From the NCBI RefSeq assembly GCF_036321535.1, contig NC_087436.1, positions 47,494,001 through 47,558,000 on the forward strand: a stretch of 64,000 nt of DNA. The letters are read 5' to 3'. Each line of letters begins with the position of its first letter. Position 1 is the stretch's first letter. Positions 36,342-48,945 of the stretch are shown piece after piece. Source of the stretch: Camelus dromedarius. Its lineage: Eukaryota. The position numbers were made by a program, and so were the translations under genes. The notes beneath the pieces are model-generated. The model ran no database searches, was not told where the DNA came from, and was given only the letters and a program-made list of their open reading frames with translations.

Positions 36342-38926
36342 AAATTATTTATTTATTAATTTATTATTTTATTTATTAAACTATAGTTAACTTACAATAT
36401 TGTGTTGGTTTCAGGTGTACAGCTTCAGATTCTTTTCCATTATAGAGTATTACAAGATAGTGAATATAATTCCCTGTGCTATACAGTAAATCCTTATTGC
36501 TTATCTATTTTATGTATAGTAGCTTGTATCTGACTCATATACCTATTTTTGTGCCATTGCCATGCTATTTTGATTACTGTGGCTCTGTACTTTTGTTTGA
36601 AGTCTGGGAGGCTTATGCCTCCAGCTTGTTCTTTTTTGTTTTTTTAAATATATTTTTATTGGAGTATAGTCAGTTTACAATGTTGTGTCAATTTCTGGGA
36701 TAGCACAATACATCAGTCATATAAGAACATACATATATTCTTTCTCATATTCTTTTTCACCATAAGTTACTACAAGATATTGAATATAGTTCCCTCTGCT
36801 ATAACCTCTGGCTTTGTTCTTTTTCCTCATTGTTGCTTTGGCAGTTATGGGTCTTTTATGGTTCCATATAAATTTTAGGATTATTTGTTTTAGTTCTGTG
36901 AAAAATGTTACGGGCATTTTGATAGGGACTGCATTAGATCTATAGATTGCTTTGGGTAGTATGCCCATTTTATCAATGCTAATTCTTCCACTCCAAGAGC
37001 ATGGGATATCTGTCCATTTCTTTGAATTATCGTCAGTTTCCTTTATCACTGTTTTATAGTTCTCAGCATATAAATCTTTCACCCCTTTGGTCAGGTTTAC
37101 TCCTAAGTATTTTATTTTTTTTTTGATGCAATTTTAAATAGGATTTTTAAAAAAATTTCCCTTTCTGAAAGTTAATTATTCATTTATAGAAAAGCAACAG
37201 ATTTCTGTGTATTACTCTTATATCCTGCAACTTTGCGAAATTTATTTATTAGTTCTACTAGTTTTTGTTTGGATACTTTAGGGTTCTGTATAAAATATCA
37301 TGTCATCTGCATATAGTGACAATTCTACTTCTTCCCTTCCAATTCGGATGCCCACCCCCCCCTTTTTTTTGTCAACTGCTGTGCTTAGGACTTCGAACAC
37401 AATGTTAAATAGAAGTGATGAGAATGGACATCCATGTCTTGCTCCTAAATTAGAGGATAGGCTTTCAGCTTTTCAGTGTTGAGTATGATGTTAGCTGTGG
37501 GTTTGTCATGAATGGTCTTTATTATGTTGAGATGTTTCTTCTATAACCTACTTTGGTTAGTGTTTTTATCATGAATGGATGTTGAATTTTGTTAAATGCT
37601 TTTTCTGTGTCTATTGAGGTGATCATGTGGTATTTTGATTTTGTTAATGTGGTATATCACATTGCAAATACTAAACCATTCTTGGGTCCCTGGAATAAAC
37701 CCAACTTGATCATAGTGCATGATCCTTTTTATATATTGTTCAATTCAGATTGCTAATATTTGTTGAGGATTTTTGTATCTATACTTATCAAAGATATTGG
37801 TGTGTAATTTTCTTTTTTTTTTGTGTAGTGTCTTTGGTTTTGGTATCAGGGTAATGATGGCCTCAGAGAATGAATTTGGGAGTGTTCTATCCTCTTCAAT
37901 ATTTTGGCATAGTTTGGGAAGGACAGGTGTTAGTTCTTCTGTACAGGTTTGGTAGAATTCCCCTTTGAAGCTGTCCAGTCCTGTACATTTGTTTGCTGAG
38001 AGTTTTTTCATTACTAATTCAGTTTCACTACTAGTGATTAATCTGTTCAAACTATTTGTTTCTTCTTGATATAGTCTTGGCATGTTGTATGTTTCAAAAA
38101 TTTGTCCATTTCTTCTTGGTGGCATATAACTATTCATAATATTATCTTATTTTTTTTATATCTTTGTGGTATCAGTTATTTTCTCTCCTCTTTCTTTTCT
38201 TTGTTTGGGTCCTTTCTCATTTCTTCTCAATTAGCCTGACTAAACGTTAACCGATTTTGTTTAGCTTTACAAAAAAACCAACTCTTGGTTTCATAGATCT
38301 TTTCTGTTGTTTTTTTAATCTCTCTTTATTTTTCTCTCTGGCATATATTATTTTCTTCCTTCTGCTGATTTTGGGCTTTGTTTGTTCTTCTTTTTCTAAT
38401 TTTTTTAGGTGATAAGTTAGGGTGTTTGAGATTTTTCTTATTTTTTGAAAAAGGCTTGTATTGCTATGAACTTCTCTCTAAGGACTGCTTTTGCTGCATC
38501 TCAGATTTTATATGGTTGTGTTTTCATTGTCATTTGTCTCAAAGCATTTTTTAATTTTTTGATTTCATCATTGACCCACTGGTTTTTAAGCAGCATGTTT
38601 TTTAATGTCCATGTAATTGTTTTTTTCTCATTTCTTTTTCTTGTGATTGAGTTCTAGTTTCATGCCGTTGTGGTCAGAAAAGATATTTGAAATAATTTCT
38701 GTCCTCTTAACTTTGTTGAGGCTTGTTTTGTGTCCTAGTGTGTGATCTGTCCTAGAGAATGTTCGATGTGCTCTTGAAAAAAATGTGTATTCTGTTTTTT
38801 TTTTTTTTTGATGTACTGTCTGAAAATATTAATTAAGTCTAAATATTCTATTGTGTCATTTAGATCTCTGTTGTCTTATTGATTTTTCTGTCTGGAGATC
38901 TGTCCACTGATGTCAATGGGTATTCA
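36342..38926 (-). mobile_element. L1 on minus strand: ~190-nt 3' end joined directly to ~2.2 kb of ORF2 (late endonuclease through RT region)
   Basis: Degenerate T-rich tail and 3' UTR at 36345-36532; ORF2 from ~36540 (ORFs [11 protein letters not shown]...IPCSW, LNRLITSSETE...GEFYQT); 5' end at 38926 in the endonuclease region. Confidence 0.9.
36637..36804 (-). mobile_element. Short L1 3'-end insertion nested in L1 ORF2
   Basis: T tail then ttttattggagtatagtcagtttacaatgttgtgtc...gatattgaatatagttccctctgctata; duplicated host sequence cctccagcttgttcttttt (36618-36636) and cctctggctttgttcttttt (36805-36824). Confidence 0.85.
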
Positions 38927-39195
38927 TCCATGTCTCTTTAATTTTTCATTTGTATTTGCATAAGTGTTATATCATTTAAAAATGTTTATTTTCTATCTCT
39001 TTTTTCTCTGTGTAATATTCTCAGATAAATCTTGCAATTCATTCATTCTACTTTCAATTGTATTTAGTCTAATATTTAGCTCTCTCATGGAGATTTCTTT
39101 CCCAAATTATTCTTTCATAACTCCTGGATTTCTAAGATAATAACAATATGTACTTCATACTTCATAGGTATGTACTTTAAAGTATTTAGAGTTTT
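38927..39195 (-). mobile_element. Ancient L1M ORF1-like host segment, inverted relative to its continuation at 40716
   Basis: Reverse complement (gagctaaatattagactaaatacaattgaaag...gaattgcaagatttatctgagaatattacacag...ttaaagagacatgga) resembles old L1 ORF1 and joins 40716 agagacatggaaggtagagcccaatatatg. Confidence 0.6.
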
Positions 39196-40715
39196 ACAGA
39201 CATATAGATCAATAGAACAGAATAGAGAGACCAGAAATAAACCCACACACCTGCAGTAAATTAATCTTCAAAAAAGGAGGCAGGAATATACAATGGAGAA
39301 AAGACAGTCTTCAGCAATGGTGTTGGGAAAGTTGAACAGCCGCATGTAAATCAATGATGTTAGAACACTCCCTCACTCTATATAAAATGTAAACTCAAAA
39401 TGGCTTATAGACTTAAAAATAAGACAAGTCACCATGAAACTCCTAGGAGAGAATATAGGCAAAACATTCTCTGACATAAGTTGTATTAATGTCTTCCTAG
39501 GTCACTCTTCCAAGACAATAGAAATAAAAACAAAAATAAACAAATGGGACCTAATCAAACTTATAAGTTTTTGCATAGCAAAGGAAACCATAAACAAAAC
39601 AAAAAGACAACTTACAGACTGGGAGAAAATATTTGGAAATGATGGGACTGACAAGGGATTAATTTCCAGAATATACAAACAGCTCATACAACTCAATATC
39701 AAAAAAAAAAAAAACCCCAAACCAAAAACAAACAACTCAATCAAGAAAAGGGAAGAAGACCTAAATAGACATTTTTCCGATGAAGACTTATAGGTGCCCA
39801 TCAGGCACATGAAAAGATGCTCAACATTGCTAATTATTAGAGAAATGGAAATCAAAACTGCTATGAGATATCACCTCACACCAGTCAGAATGGCCATCAT
39901 TAGAAAGGCTACAAATAGCAAATGCTGGAGAGAGTGTGGAGAAAAGGGAACCCTCTTAACACTTGGTAAGAATGTAAATTGGTGCAGTAAATTGGTGCAG
40001 TTGTTCCAACCCAACACCAATGGAAAATAGTATGGAGATTACTTAAAAAACTAAAAATACAGTTACCATATGATCCAGCACTCCCACTTCTGGGCATATA
40101 TCCAGAAAAGATGAAACCTCTAGTTCAAAAAGATAAATACACCCCAGTGTCCATAGCAGCACTATTAGCAATAGCCAAGAATGGAAGCAACCTAAATGTC
40201 CATCAATAGGTGACTGGATAAAGATGTTGTATGTATACATATACATGCAATGAAATATTACTTAACCATCAAAAAGAATGAAATGTTGCTGTTTGTAGCA
40301 ACATGGATGGACATAGAGATTATAATACTAAGTGAAGTAAGTCAGAAAGATAAAGACAAATATCATATGATTCACTTACATATGGGATCTAAAAATGATA
40401 TAAATGAACTTATTTATAAAACAGAAACAGACTCACAGACATAGAAAGCAAACTTATGGTTACTAAAGGGGAAGGAGGAGGGATAAATTAAGAGTTTGGG
40501 ACTAGCAAATACAAACTACTATATGTAAAATAGATAAACAGTAATATCTTACTGTATAGTGCAAGGAACCATATTCAGTATCCTTCAATAAACCATAATG
40601 GAAAAGAAGATGAAAAAGAATATGTAGTATGTATAGTTGAATCCCTTTGCTGTACACCAGAAACTAACACAATATTGTAAATCAACTATACTTCAATTAA
40701 ATATTAAAAAGAGAG
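39196..40715 (+). mobile_element. L1 ORF2 3' part, 3' UTR and A-rich tail
   Basis: ORFs 39434-39793 ([14 protein letters not shown]), 39794-40030 ([14 protein letters not shown]...[12 protein letters not shown]) and 40250-40444; 3' UTR ends tgtaaatcaactatacttcaattaaatattaaaaa. Confidence 0.93.
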
Positions 40716-41479
40716 AGAGACATGGAAGGTAGAGCCCAATATATGTATAATATGGGTTCTGAAAGGAGGGAAGAGAGAAATAAAAGGGAGGAAATATTTA
40801 AAGGGATAAGAGAGAGTTTTGGTTGGCTCTCAGATGATGATGACCACCAAAATCCAGACCTGTCCACAAACTGTCCCCTAAAACTGTAAAATAAAAATGG
40901 AACACAATGGAACCATAAATGACCCATGCCACTAGTATTTCTGGGAGACAGAGAGTATCACAAACTTCAAAATACCTTATAAGTAGAGTAATAACTACCA
41001 ATTCAAGGAGAGCTACCACTGCCTTGGCTAGTCTGTAGGTACCCAGGGTGGGACACAGGACACAGGAGTGTGGTGGCCATAGATGTAGTATAGGTTAAAA
41101 AAAATTTCCATCAATGAGTCTGATAATGAGGGTTACAATGTTGAACTAAGTTCTAAGACTCAGTTTATAGCAGCAGACGTAAAGAGGGGGCTTGAATGTG
41201 AATGAAACTGGAGGTAACAGCCTTATAGAAACATTGCTTTTGGATAAAAAGAGGTAAATAGAGAAAATGTGGCTTCCCCTGAAGGGATAGCAGAGAAAGA
41301 AAAGGAAGTAAGAGGGAAGAATTAAGAATCACACAGAAATTAAAAGAAAAAGAAAATACACCAACTCCTTTCTTTCAGCCTAGCAGTCTTGTTATACACT
41401 GAAGTAACTGCACTTCATTCTACTGAAAGAGGAAGGTGATCTTGAACAGGTTAATCATAATGCCTAACACAGAAAAAAT

Positions 41480-44400
41480 CAGGCTAACTCCATAGTCAAG
41501 TATTGTAAGAAGAAAATATAAGTGAAAATCAAAATATTTCAACTGATTGAAAATTTCCCCAAAGAATCAATCAGTAAATAAGAGAAAACTATAATATAAT
41601 ACTCCACACAGAATTTAATATCAAGCAAGCATTTGGAGCAATTAAAAACCAAGTTACAACAAAAATTTATGTAATAAGAACAGAAATGATGAAAAATGTA
41701 AGAAATATAATGAGGGTTGATTGAAACTGGGAAAGAAAAAAAGGAAAAAAAAAAAGATTAAATTACAAGGCCCAATGGAGAATAGGCTTAAATGACAATT
41801 TAATAAGAGACGTTTTTAACAGGTGGGAAAACAGCCAAGAGAAACAATATAAAGAAAAAAGTAAAAGGATCAACAAAAGTGATTAAATTAAAAGACAATG
41901 AAAATCCAAATCAAGTATAATTGGAGTTACTGGAAAAATAAAATAAAACATAGCAATTAAACAAAACTAGAATTTTAAATTTTAATCCAAGAAAACTCTA
42001 TGAAAATTAGGGAAATCCTAAATTTAATATTGAAAGGGCCCAGGGTGAATCTGTGAAAGTGACTTGAAACAATGAACTCTGTGACTTTAGTAAAATTGCT
42101 AGACTATAAAGACAAATTAAAAATCATTAAGTACAAATTATTTATAAATATAGGAAAGTTAAATTGACATTAGATTTATTAAAACTTATTAAGGTATAGT
42201 TGAGCAGCATTTTCAAGAAACTCAGGAAAAGAAAATGAGAGACAAGTATTTTTCTATCCAGTTGAGTTATATCTTAAGTACTATACTATTTTCTTATGGA
42301 TGCTTTAACAAATTACTGAAAACTTGGTGGTTGAAAATAACAGAAATTTATTCTCTTAGAGTTCTAGAGGTCAGCAGTCTGAAAATTAATGTTTTGGGTC
42401 GACCATGATGTCTGTGTAGTCTTGAGAGAAGGATCCTTCCTGCCACTCCTAGTTTCTGGTGGCACTTGGCATTCCTTGGATTGTAGCTGCATCATTTCAA
42501 TCTCTGCCTCTGTTTTCACCTGGCCTTTTTTCCCTGTGTCTCTCCGTATTTCTGTGTCCAAATGTACTTTTCTTTTCTCTTACAAAGACACGAGTTACTA
42601 GATTTAGAGCCTACTCTAAATCCAGGATTATTTCATTTGGAGATCTTTGACTAATTATATCTGCAAAGACCCTGTTTACAAACTGGGTCATATCCATAGG
42701 AACACAGTGCCAGGACTTGAGCGTCTCTTGTTGGGGACCACAACTCAATCCACTACAAGTGCTAAGGCAAAAAAATAATAAGACATTTCAATATACCACT
42801 CAGAATACAAGATTGATCAAATGTACAAAAAAGGGTAAGAATGTAAAGAGTTAAAGAACGTAATCAATGAGGCAGATCTTTTGGGTATACATCAAACATT
42901 ACATGCTGGTAATAGAGAGTAAGTAAATTTATCGAAATTAATCCCAAGAGAAAAAGAAAGTTTATATTTATAGGAGAAATAGAGAAAGTTATCATGGAAC
43001 TAATGTATGTATAAGAAAACACCAGGCCCAAAACTTTGTTCAAAGGGAAAATGCATTAAACCTTAAGGTCCCCATGATACTCAAATTGTTTTAGAGTATA
43101 GAAGATAAAGAAAATAAGGAAAATATTCAAATTCTTTCTGTGAATTTGGTATAACATTGATACCTAAGTTTGATAAAGATAGTGTTACTGTATCAACCAT
43201 GAACATTGATGCAAAAATCCTTAATAAATCATTAGCAAATACTCCATCACTACATTAAAGAAACAGCAAGCCATGACCAAATGTGATTTATATCAGTAAT
43301 TGAAAGATGATTCAGTATTAGAAAATCTTTTAATATGATTCTCTGTATAATAGGTCTCAGGAGAAAAAAAATATATGGATAGTCCTATAGATGCTAAAAA
43401 AAGGACTTTAACACAATTCCATCTTAATAAAAACACTTGAGAAAATAGGAATAAATGGGCACTTCCTTAATAAGATAAAAAAATCTACACTTAAATTCTA
43501 AAATTGGCATTCCCACAGAGGCCAGCAACATGACTGGTAAGCCCACCACCTCCAGTATTATTTGACACTGTGTTAGATGTATAAACTGATATAATTGGAC
43601 AAAGAAAAACAGTCAGGGATATAAGAATTGGAAAAGAGGAAACAACTATTTGCAGATGGTATATTTAAAAAACTTAGGGAATCAGCAATAAACTAACTTA
43701 AGCATTAAAAGAATTTAACCAGGTAACAAGATATGAAATTAACAGGCTAAAAGAAATAGCTTTTGTATACACAAATAACATTATTTTGGAATTATAATGG
43801 AAGAGAAAACCCATTTATATTAGCACCCCCTCCAAAAAAAAGATAAAATGCTTAGTTAGGAATAGCTTAAGAAATGTGCAAAACTTATATGGAAATTATA
43901 GAGTACTTCTAAATAATATAAATGGAACATCTTTGGTTTTGGATAAAACATCTCAGTATCATTTTCCTGAAGTTAACTTATACATTGGTGATTCCAACAA
44001 ACTTGGGATCCCACCAAGCTGTTTAGCTGGAGGTAATCAAGTTGATCCTAAAATATATTTGAAAAAAGAGACATAATCATAGCCAATAAACATTGTAGAG
44101 GAAGTGCTATGGCTTAAGGATGGGAGGGACTACAAATGATTCTGTATAAAAAATGTTTTTAATAATTAAGATAATAATTAAAAAAGTAAGGTACAGGTGC
44201 ATAAAAATTCAGATCAGTGAAATATAATAGAAATTTCAAAATAGATCCAAGTACACATAGAAATTTATCGTAGGATAAAGAGTATCTAAAATCACTGGGG
44301 CAGGGATGAAGTTTTAAATAAATGTTACTGAGACAACTGGTTAGTCATTTGGAAAAAAATTTGTTTGATCTATTACCTAAAGCATACAAAAGACTCAAAT

Positions 44401-45935
44401 GGATCAGAGATATAAATGTAAAAAATGAAACCAGAAGAAAACGGTGAATTCCTCTATAACCCATACATAGGGGGGAATTTCCTAAATATGTCTTAAAATC
44501 CTTATGCAATTAAATTGATTAATTTTACAAAATTATAAGAAACATTTTTCATGGAATGAAAGCACCATTAATAAAATCAAACGATAAGTGACAACTTGTG
44601 AAAAAAAAATCTGCAATATCTATCACAGATAAACTGTTGCCACCACTAATACATTTAAAAATAACAGTTGAGGGAAAAAGACAAGATATTCAATTGAAAA
44701 ATGAGCAAGAGACATGACCTGACAATGCACAAAAATGGTATAAGATGGCTCTTAAACATATGAAACTATATTCAACTTTGCTCATAATAAGAGAAATGCA
44801 AATCAAAAGTGTGCTCAGATAAATTTCTCACCGAGTAGGTTGACAAAAATTTAAAAGCTTAACAACATACTCTGTTAGCCAGACTGTGAAGATAACAGCC
44901 ACTTTCATTTATTGCAGATGAGAATGCAAAAACAGTACATTTTTTATGGAGAAGAATTTGCCAATATATAACAAAACTGCATATGCATTTCCTCTTCGAC
45001 TAGCAACCCCACTTCTAGGAATTTATCTTAAAGATATACCTCCCAAAATTGAAAATCTATTATGCATTAAAGCATAATTTTGCCCATACATTAGAGACTG
45101 GATGAATAAATTTGGTATATTTATACAATAGAGTACATATAGCTATAAGAAAAGATAAAGAGCAAACCTGTTAACTCATATAGTATACTTTTTAGGATAT
45201 ATTGTTAAATGAAAAAAATCAAAGCACAAAAAGCATGTGTGTATATATATATGTATATATACATACATATATATAAAATCTTTTGTGTAAGAGAAAAGGG
45301 AAATAAGAAAAAAATACATGCTTGTGTACGCAAAAAGAAATACAGAAGAGATAAGGCAGAAACTAATAAATTGCTTGCATATTGAGTGTGAGGAGTGTCA
45401 TAAATAATAGACCAACAAGGCAAAATTTAACAGGTATTTAGAAAATTTTAATGATGTACTTAAGTTGATTTAGATATGACTGAGCTTAAAGATTAGATAA
45501 CACATACTTTTTTCCAAGAATGACTTAGAACATTAATAACAATTGCCCAATTCGTAAAGATCATATTCCCTGTCCAAAATACCCATAGATTAAAAATCAA
45601 CAATAAAAAAATTTAAAAACTATTCTTATGTATTTGGAACTTAGGAAATGTAATTCTAAGTAAACTAAGCATTAAAAAGAAAAAGTAAATTGTAATTTTG
45701 AAATATATGACAATAAAACTAATGCATATGAAAATTACTGAGATGCAGCTATAGCAGGACTCAGAGGAAGATTTATAGCCTAATATGTCTTTCCTAAAAA
45801 TTAGCATAAAATATTAAGATTTAACACATAAAGCTAGGAAAATAACATGGAAGAAATACAAAAATAATAGAAGAAAGGAAATAACAAATATGACATTAAA
45901 AGCAAGCAAACAAACAAAAACCAACAGAGATGATT
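41480..45935 (+). mobile_element. Long, highly decayed old L1 (L1MC/L1ME-like) fragments
   Basis: A-rich with ORF2 landmarks (attgatgcaaaaatccttaataaatcattagcaaat; ataagagaaatgcaaatcaaaa; ctagcaaccccacttctaggaatttatc); interrupted by an MLT1 LTR. Confidence 0.8.
42282..42757 (-). mobile_element. MaLR solo LTR (MLT1B/C/D-like) nested in old L1
   Basis: taacaaattactgaaaacttggtggttgaaaataacagaaatttattctct...tatatctgcaaagaccctgttt...caactcaatccactaCA; TSD agtac/agtgc (42277-42281, 42758-42762). Confidence 0.85.
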
Positions 45936-45939
45936 ATCA

Positions 45940-46121
45940 AAACAGGATTATACTCTATAGCACAGGGAAATATATACAAGATCTTGTGGTAGCTCACAGT
46001 GAAAAAGAATGTGACAATGAATATATGTATGTTCATGTATAACTGAAAAATTGTGCTCTATGCTGGAAATTGACACAACATTGTAAACTGTCTATAACTC
46101 AATAAAAAAAATGTAAAAAAA
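45940..46121 (+). mobile_element. Short young camelid-type L1 3' end
   Basis: tatactctatagcacagggaaatatatacaagatcttgtggtagctcacagtgaaaaagaatgtgacaatg...gacacaacattgtaaactgtctataactcaataaaaaaaatgtaaaaaa. Confidence 0.85.
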
Positions 46122-47502
46122 CCTCTGAAATCTGACTGTTTGAAGGCTTTAATAACATAATAACTTTCGTAACACAGACAGGTTCCTGGAAAGACTGACC
46201 ATGAAAAATAAGCAGAAGGAATAAATCAGTAGTATAAGAACACCACCCCAAGAGGGCTCCAACTGCCATGCGGGAAGGAATGATGATGTGGTTATGGAGC
46301 AGAGGTCATGTTTAGTATTCACTCAAATGCAGCCCAGATGCTGACTCTGCTTTCATAGTGGGTCCTGCATTTCTGTCTCTGGGTCTTTTAGGTCCAGCCT
46401 CTTAGTCTGATCACTCTCCTCACTATTTACATATCTTCCATTTCCTTACTCAGAGCTGTAGAAACCCACAGATTCAAACTCCAACCCTCAACCCATTTTT
46501 CTTTTCTCTGGATTCTCCTGCATTCATTGTTTTTGAAACACAAAGCCAAGTAGATCCTCCGTTTGAATCCCTTCTACTCTGTTTTTTCCCTTTCCTCTGC
46601 AACAAACACAGGAAAGCATTGTTCTAAAATGTGCTTTGGGAGGGAAAAAAGTAAATCTCTAAGAAAAATATTAGTTAAGATCTAAAAATATTATTTACCA
46701 CATATGTTTTGTACATGTGGATAACTGACTAATGATAATGCAATAGTTACCTTAGGTGCTGAAGCTCAGCCGGGGGCAGAAGGCAAATATTATTTATCTT
46801 ATTAATTATTTATCTGAAACTCCTATTTCAGAATAATTTTTTTTAATAATTACGCATTTGGGTTGTTAGCTTAAGCTGGAATACAGTAAGGGATTATATT
46901 AGGCCCCTGGCAGAAATGATAAGTGCAGATACCTAAAGGTGATGTTCACATTCTTAACATGTAGATATTAACATATAGGTAAGTTAGCAAGCCAGCTAGA
47001 GTAAAGTTAGCTTGTTTTTCTCTATCTGGTGACTTTTTCTTTCCAATATTTCAACTTGGTAAACTTTCAATGTGTCTCATTAGACACTTTTGCCTGTAGT
47101 TCTTTAAAACCATGTGTGACTTAATCCATATGCTTTTCATTCATTTACAATCAAGTCATCAAAATACAGCCTTTAAAGAGCTATTTGATTTCAAAGAACA
47201 TTTTTAATAAGCATTTAAAGCCCTTTGAGAATAAAAGCGGGATGCCACATTTTTCCAAGAGTAAACACAGCACAACCAAAAACATACTCAAGCCACAGAA
47301 ATCCAAGCTTCTGAATTTTAATTCATTTCCATTCTTGACTAAATGAGTCATCTCCTATCTCCCTTTAACTCCTGGTGAAGCATGAAGTGTTTTGAGATGA
47401 GGAGGTAGTATTTTTCAAATTACTATTTTAAAACTATTTAGCTACTATTTGTGCAGATTCTGTTAAGAACTTCTGCTTCAGTTTGCCTCAGTTGTTCTAG
47501 AG

Positions 47503-47684
47503 CAGCAGTTTTGAAAGGGTAGTTTTGAGGCCAGCAACATTAGCAACATCATGGAACTTTCTGGAAATGTAAATTCTTTAGCTTCATAGTCGATGTACTG
47601 AATCAGTAATGGGGGCAGAGCCCAGCAGTCTGTTTAACAAGTTCTTCAGGTAATTCTGATAGACACTCAAGTTTGAGAACCCTG
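47503..47684. mobile_element. MER5A hAT-Charlie MITE
   Basis: cagcagtt...aaatgtaaattctt...tactgaatcag...tttaacaagttcttcaggtaattctgat...aagtttgagaaccctg; 8-bp TSD ttctagag/ttctaagg. Confidence 0.85.
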
Positions 47685-47937
47685 TTCTAAGGTCCTGTTT
47701 TATTTTTCCATCTCAAGGACATGTTTTCAGGAAAGTTACAAGCTCTGTCATTCACATCTTAGTTTGAATGATTATATATATCATTTAAATGATTATATAT
47801 ATGTGTGTATATATATATATATAAAACTTGTTTTGTAGCTATATTAAAGAATTAAAGGATTAAAGATATTTTAGTTATCATGAGGAGAAAGTTTTTGTTG
47901 TTAGTTTTCCTCTTTCCTTCCTTTCTTCTGGGATACA

Positions 47938-48401
47938 TGTATGGTCAGACCTCTGAAGGTGGCTGTTCTCTTGCTCTCTGTACATAGTCTGCTTGACCAG
48001 TGCCTACTTCACCTACACCTACTCATATGACTGACCTTCCTACATACTTGCCCCAGCTAATGATTTTTCCAGCCTTAGATAAGAACATCTCCACTATGAT
48101 AGCATATCAAAGGGGCTTTGAGGGGCATGCCACTCTGCTGATTTCCCTGGTAACCAACAGAAGAACCAGGCTAATGTCAAGCTCCCCTATAATTGGTAAC
48201 TTCCCTTTGCCCCCACTGGGAGTGAAGCCTGCCACCATGTCTTTCCTGTGTGTCTACTGTACATGGTAGGGTGCTGCTCCAGGACCTTGCTTCAGACATG
48301 TAAGACCCCTCTGTGCATTAAACCATTGATGTCTCTGTTGCCGACTCTATACTCTTCGATCTTGAAGCTAGCTTTGCAGGCTTGGGTGGTGTAGCCCAAC
48401 A
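47938..48401 (+). mobile_element. Solo ERVL-class LTR (MER54/MER73/MER74-like)
   Basis: TG...CA termini (tgtatggtcag...gtagcccaaca), TATA-like near 48188, ATTAAA 48317-48322, TSD ataca/atata. Confidence 0.7.
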
Positions 48402-48724
48402 ATATAGATAATCTTTCCACTGCCTTTGAAACTCAGCCCCTTGGAACGATATCTCTTTCCTTAAAACCAGAAACATCCTTCAAGATTTTTTGGTCAAGAA
48501 GTCAGTAACTACAAGCTTCTGTGTCAAATTAGGACCCTAAGCTCATGGTTTCTGAATGCTAATTTGTGTTGCTGTATTCTGAGCACTTTAAACAATGCCA
48601 CTTTCTGGCTAACACATTTTCCCCCCCATGATAGAATGTTAAAATGAGAAGAAACTATAAAAAATGAAGGTACAATGTTGTAAGGTTTTACTAGATATTC
48701 ATTCCTTATATTAGACCTAAATGT

Positions 48725-48945
48725 GGTTAGAGGCAGCTTTGGAACCAGTAATACCTGGATGTAAATCTCACCGTTGCAATTTGTGCAAACTTGGATGAGT
48801 TACTTAAGCTCTTTAAAACTCAGTTTCCATGTCCTTCATTTATGAAAAGAAGGGGAAATTTTTTTTTCTGAGGAGTGCTATGAGATTTTAAATGAGACAA
48901 TACAGTGTTTAGCCTGCTGCTCAATATATAATAGTGATTATTATT
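48725..48945 (+). mobile_element. MIR SINE
   Basis: ttgtgcaaacttggatgagttacttaagctctttaaaactcagtttcc...gagattttaaatgagacaat. Confidence 0.6.

Noticed and set aside
36540..40715. Ordinary single-site twin-priming 5' inversion
   Set aside because: Does not explain the 270 bp of inverted host DNA between the pieces, the TSD copy at the internal junction, or the second 3' end on the left.
47767..47822. Short direct/inverted AT repeats (aatgattatatatat twice)
   Set aside because: Low-complexity microsatellite-associated slippage.
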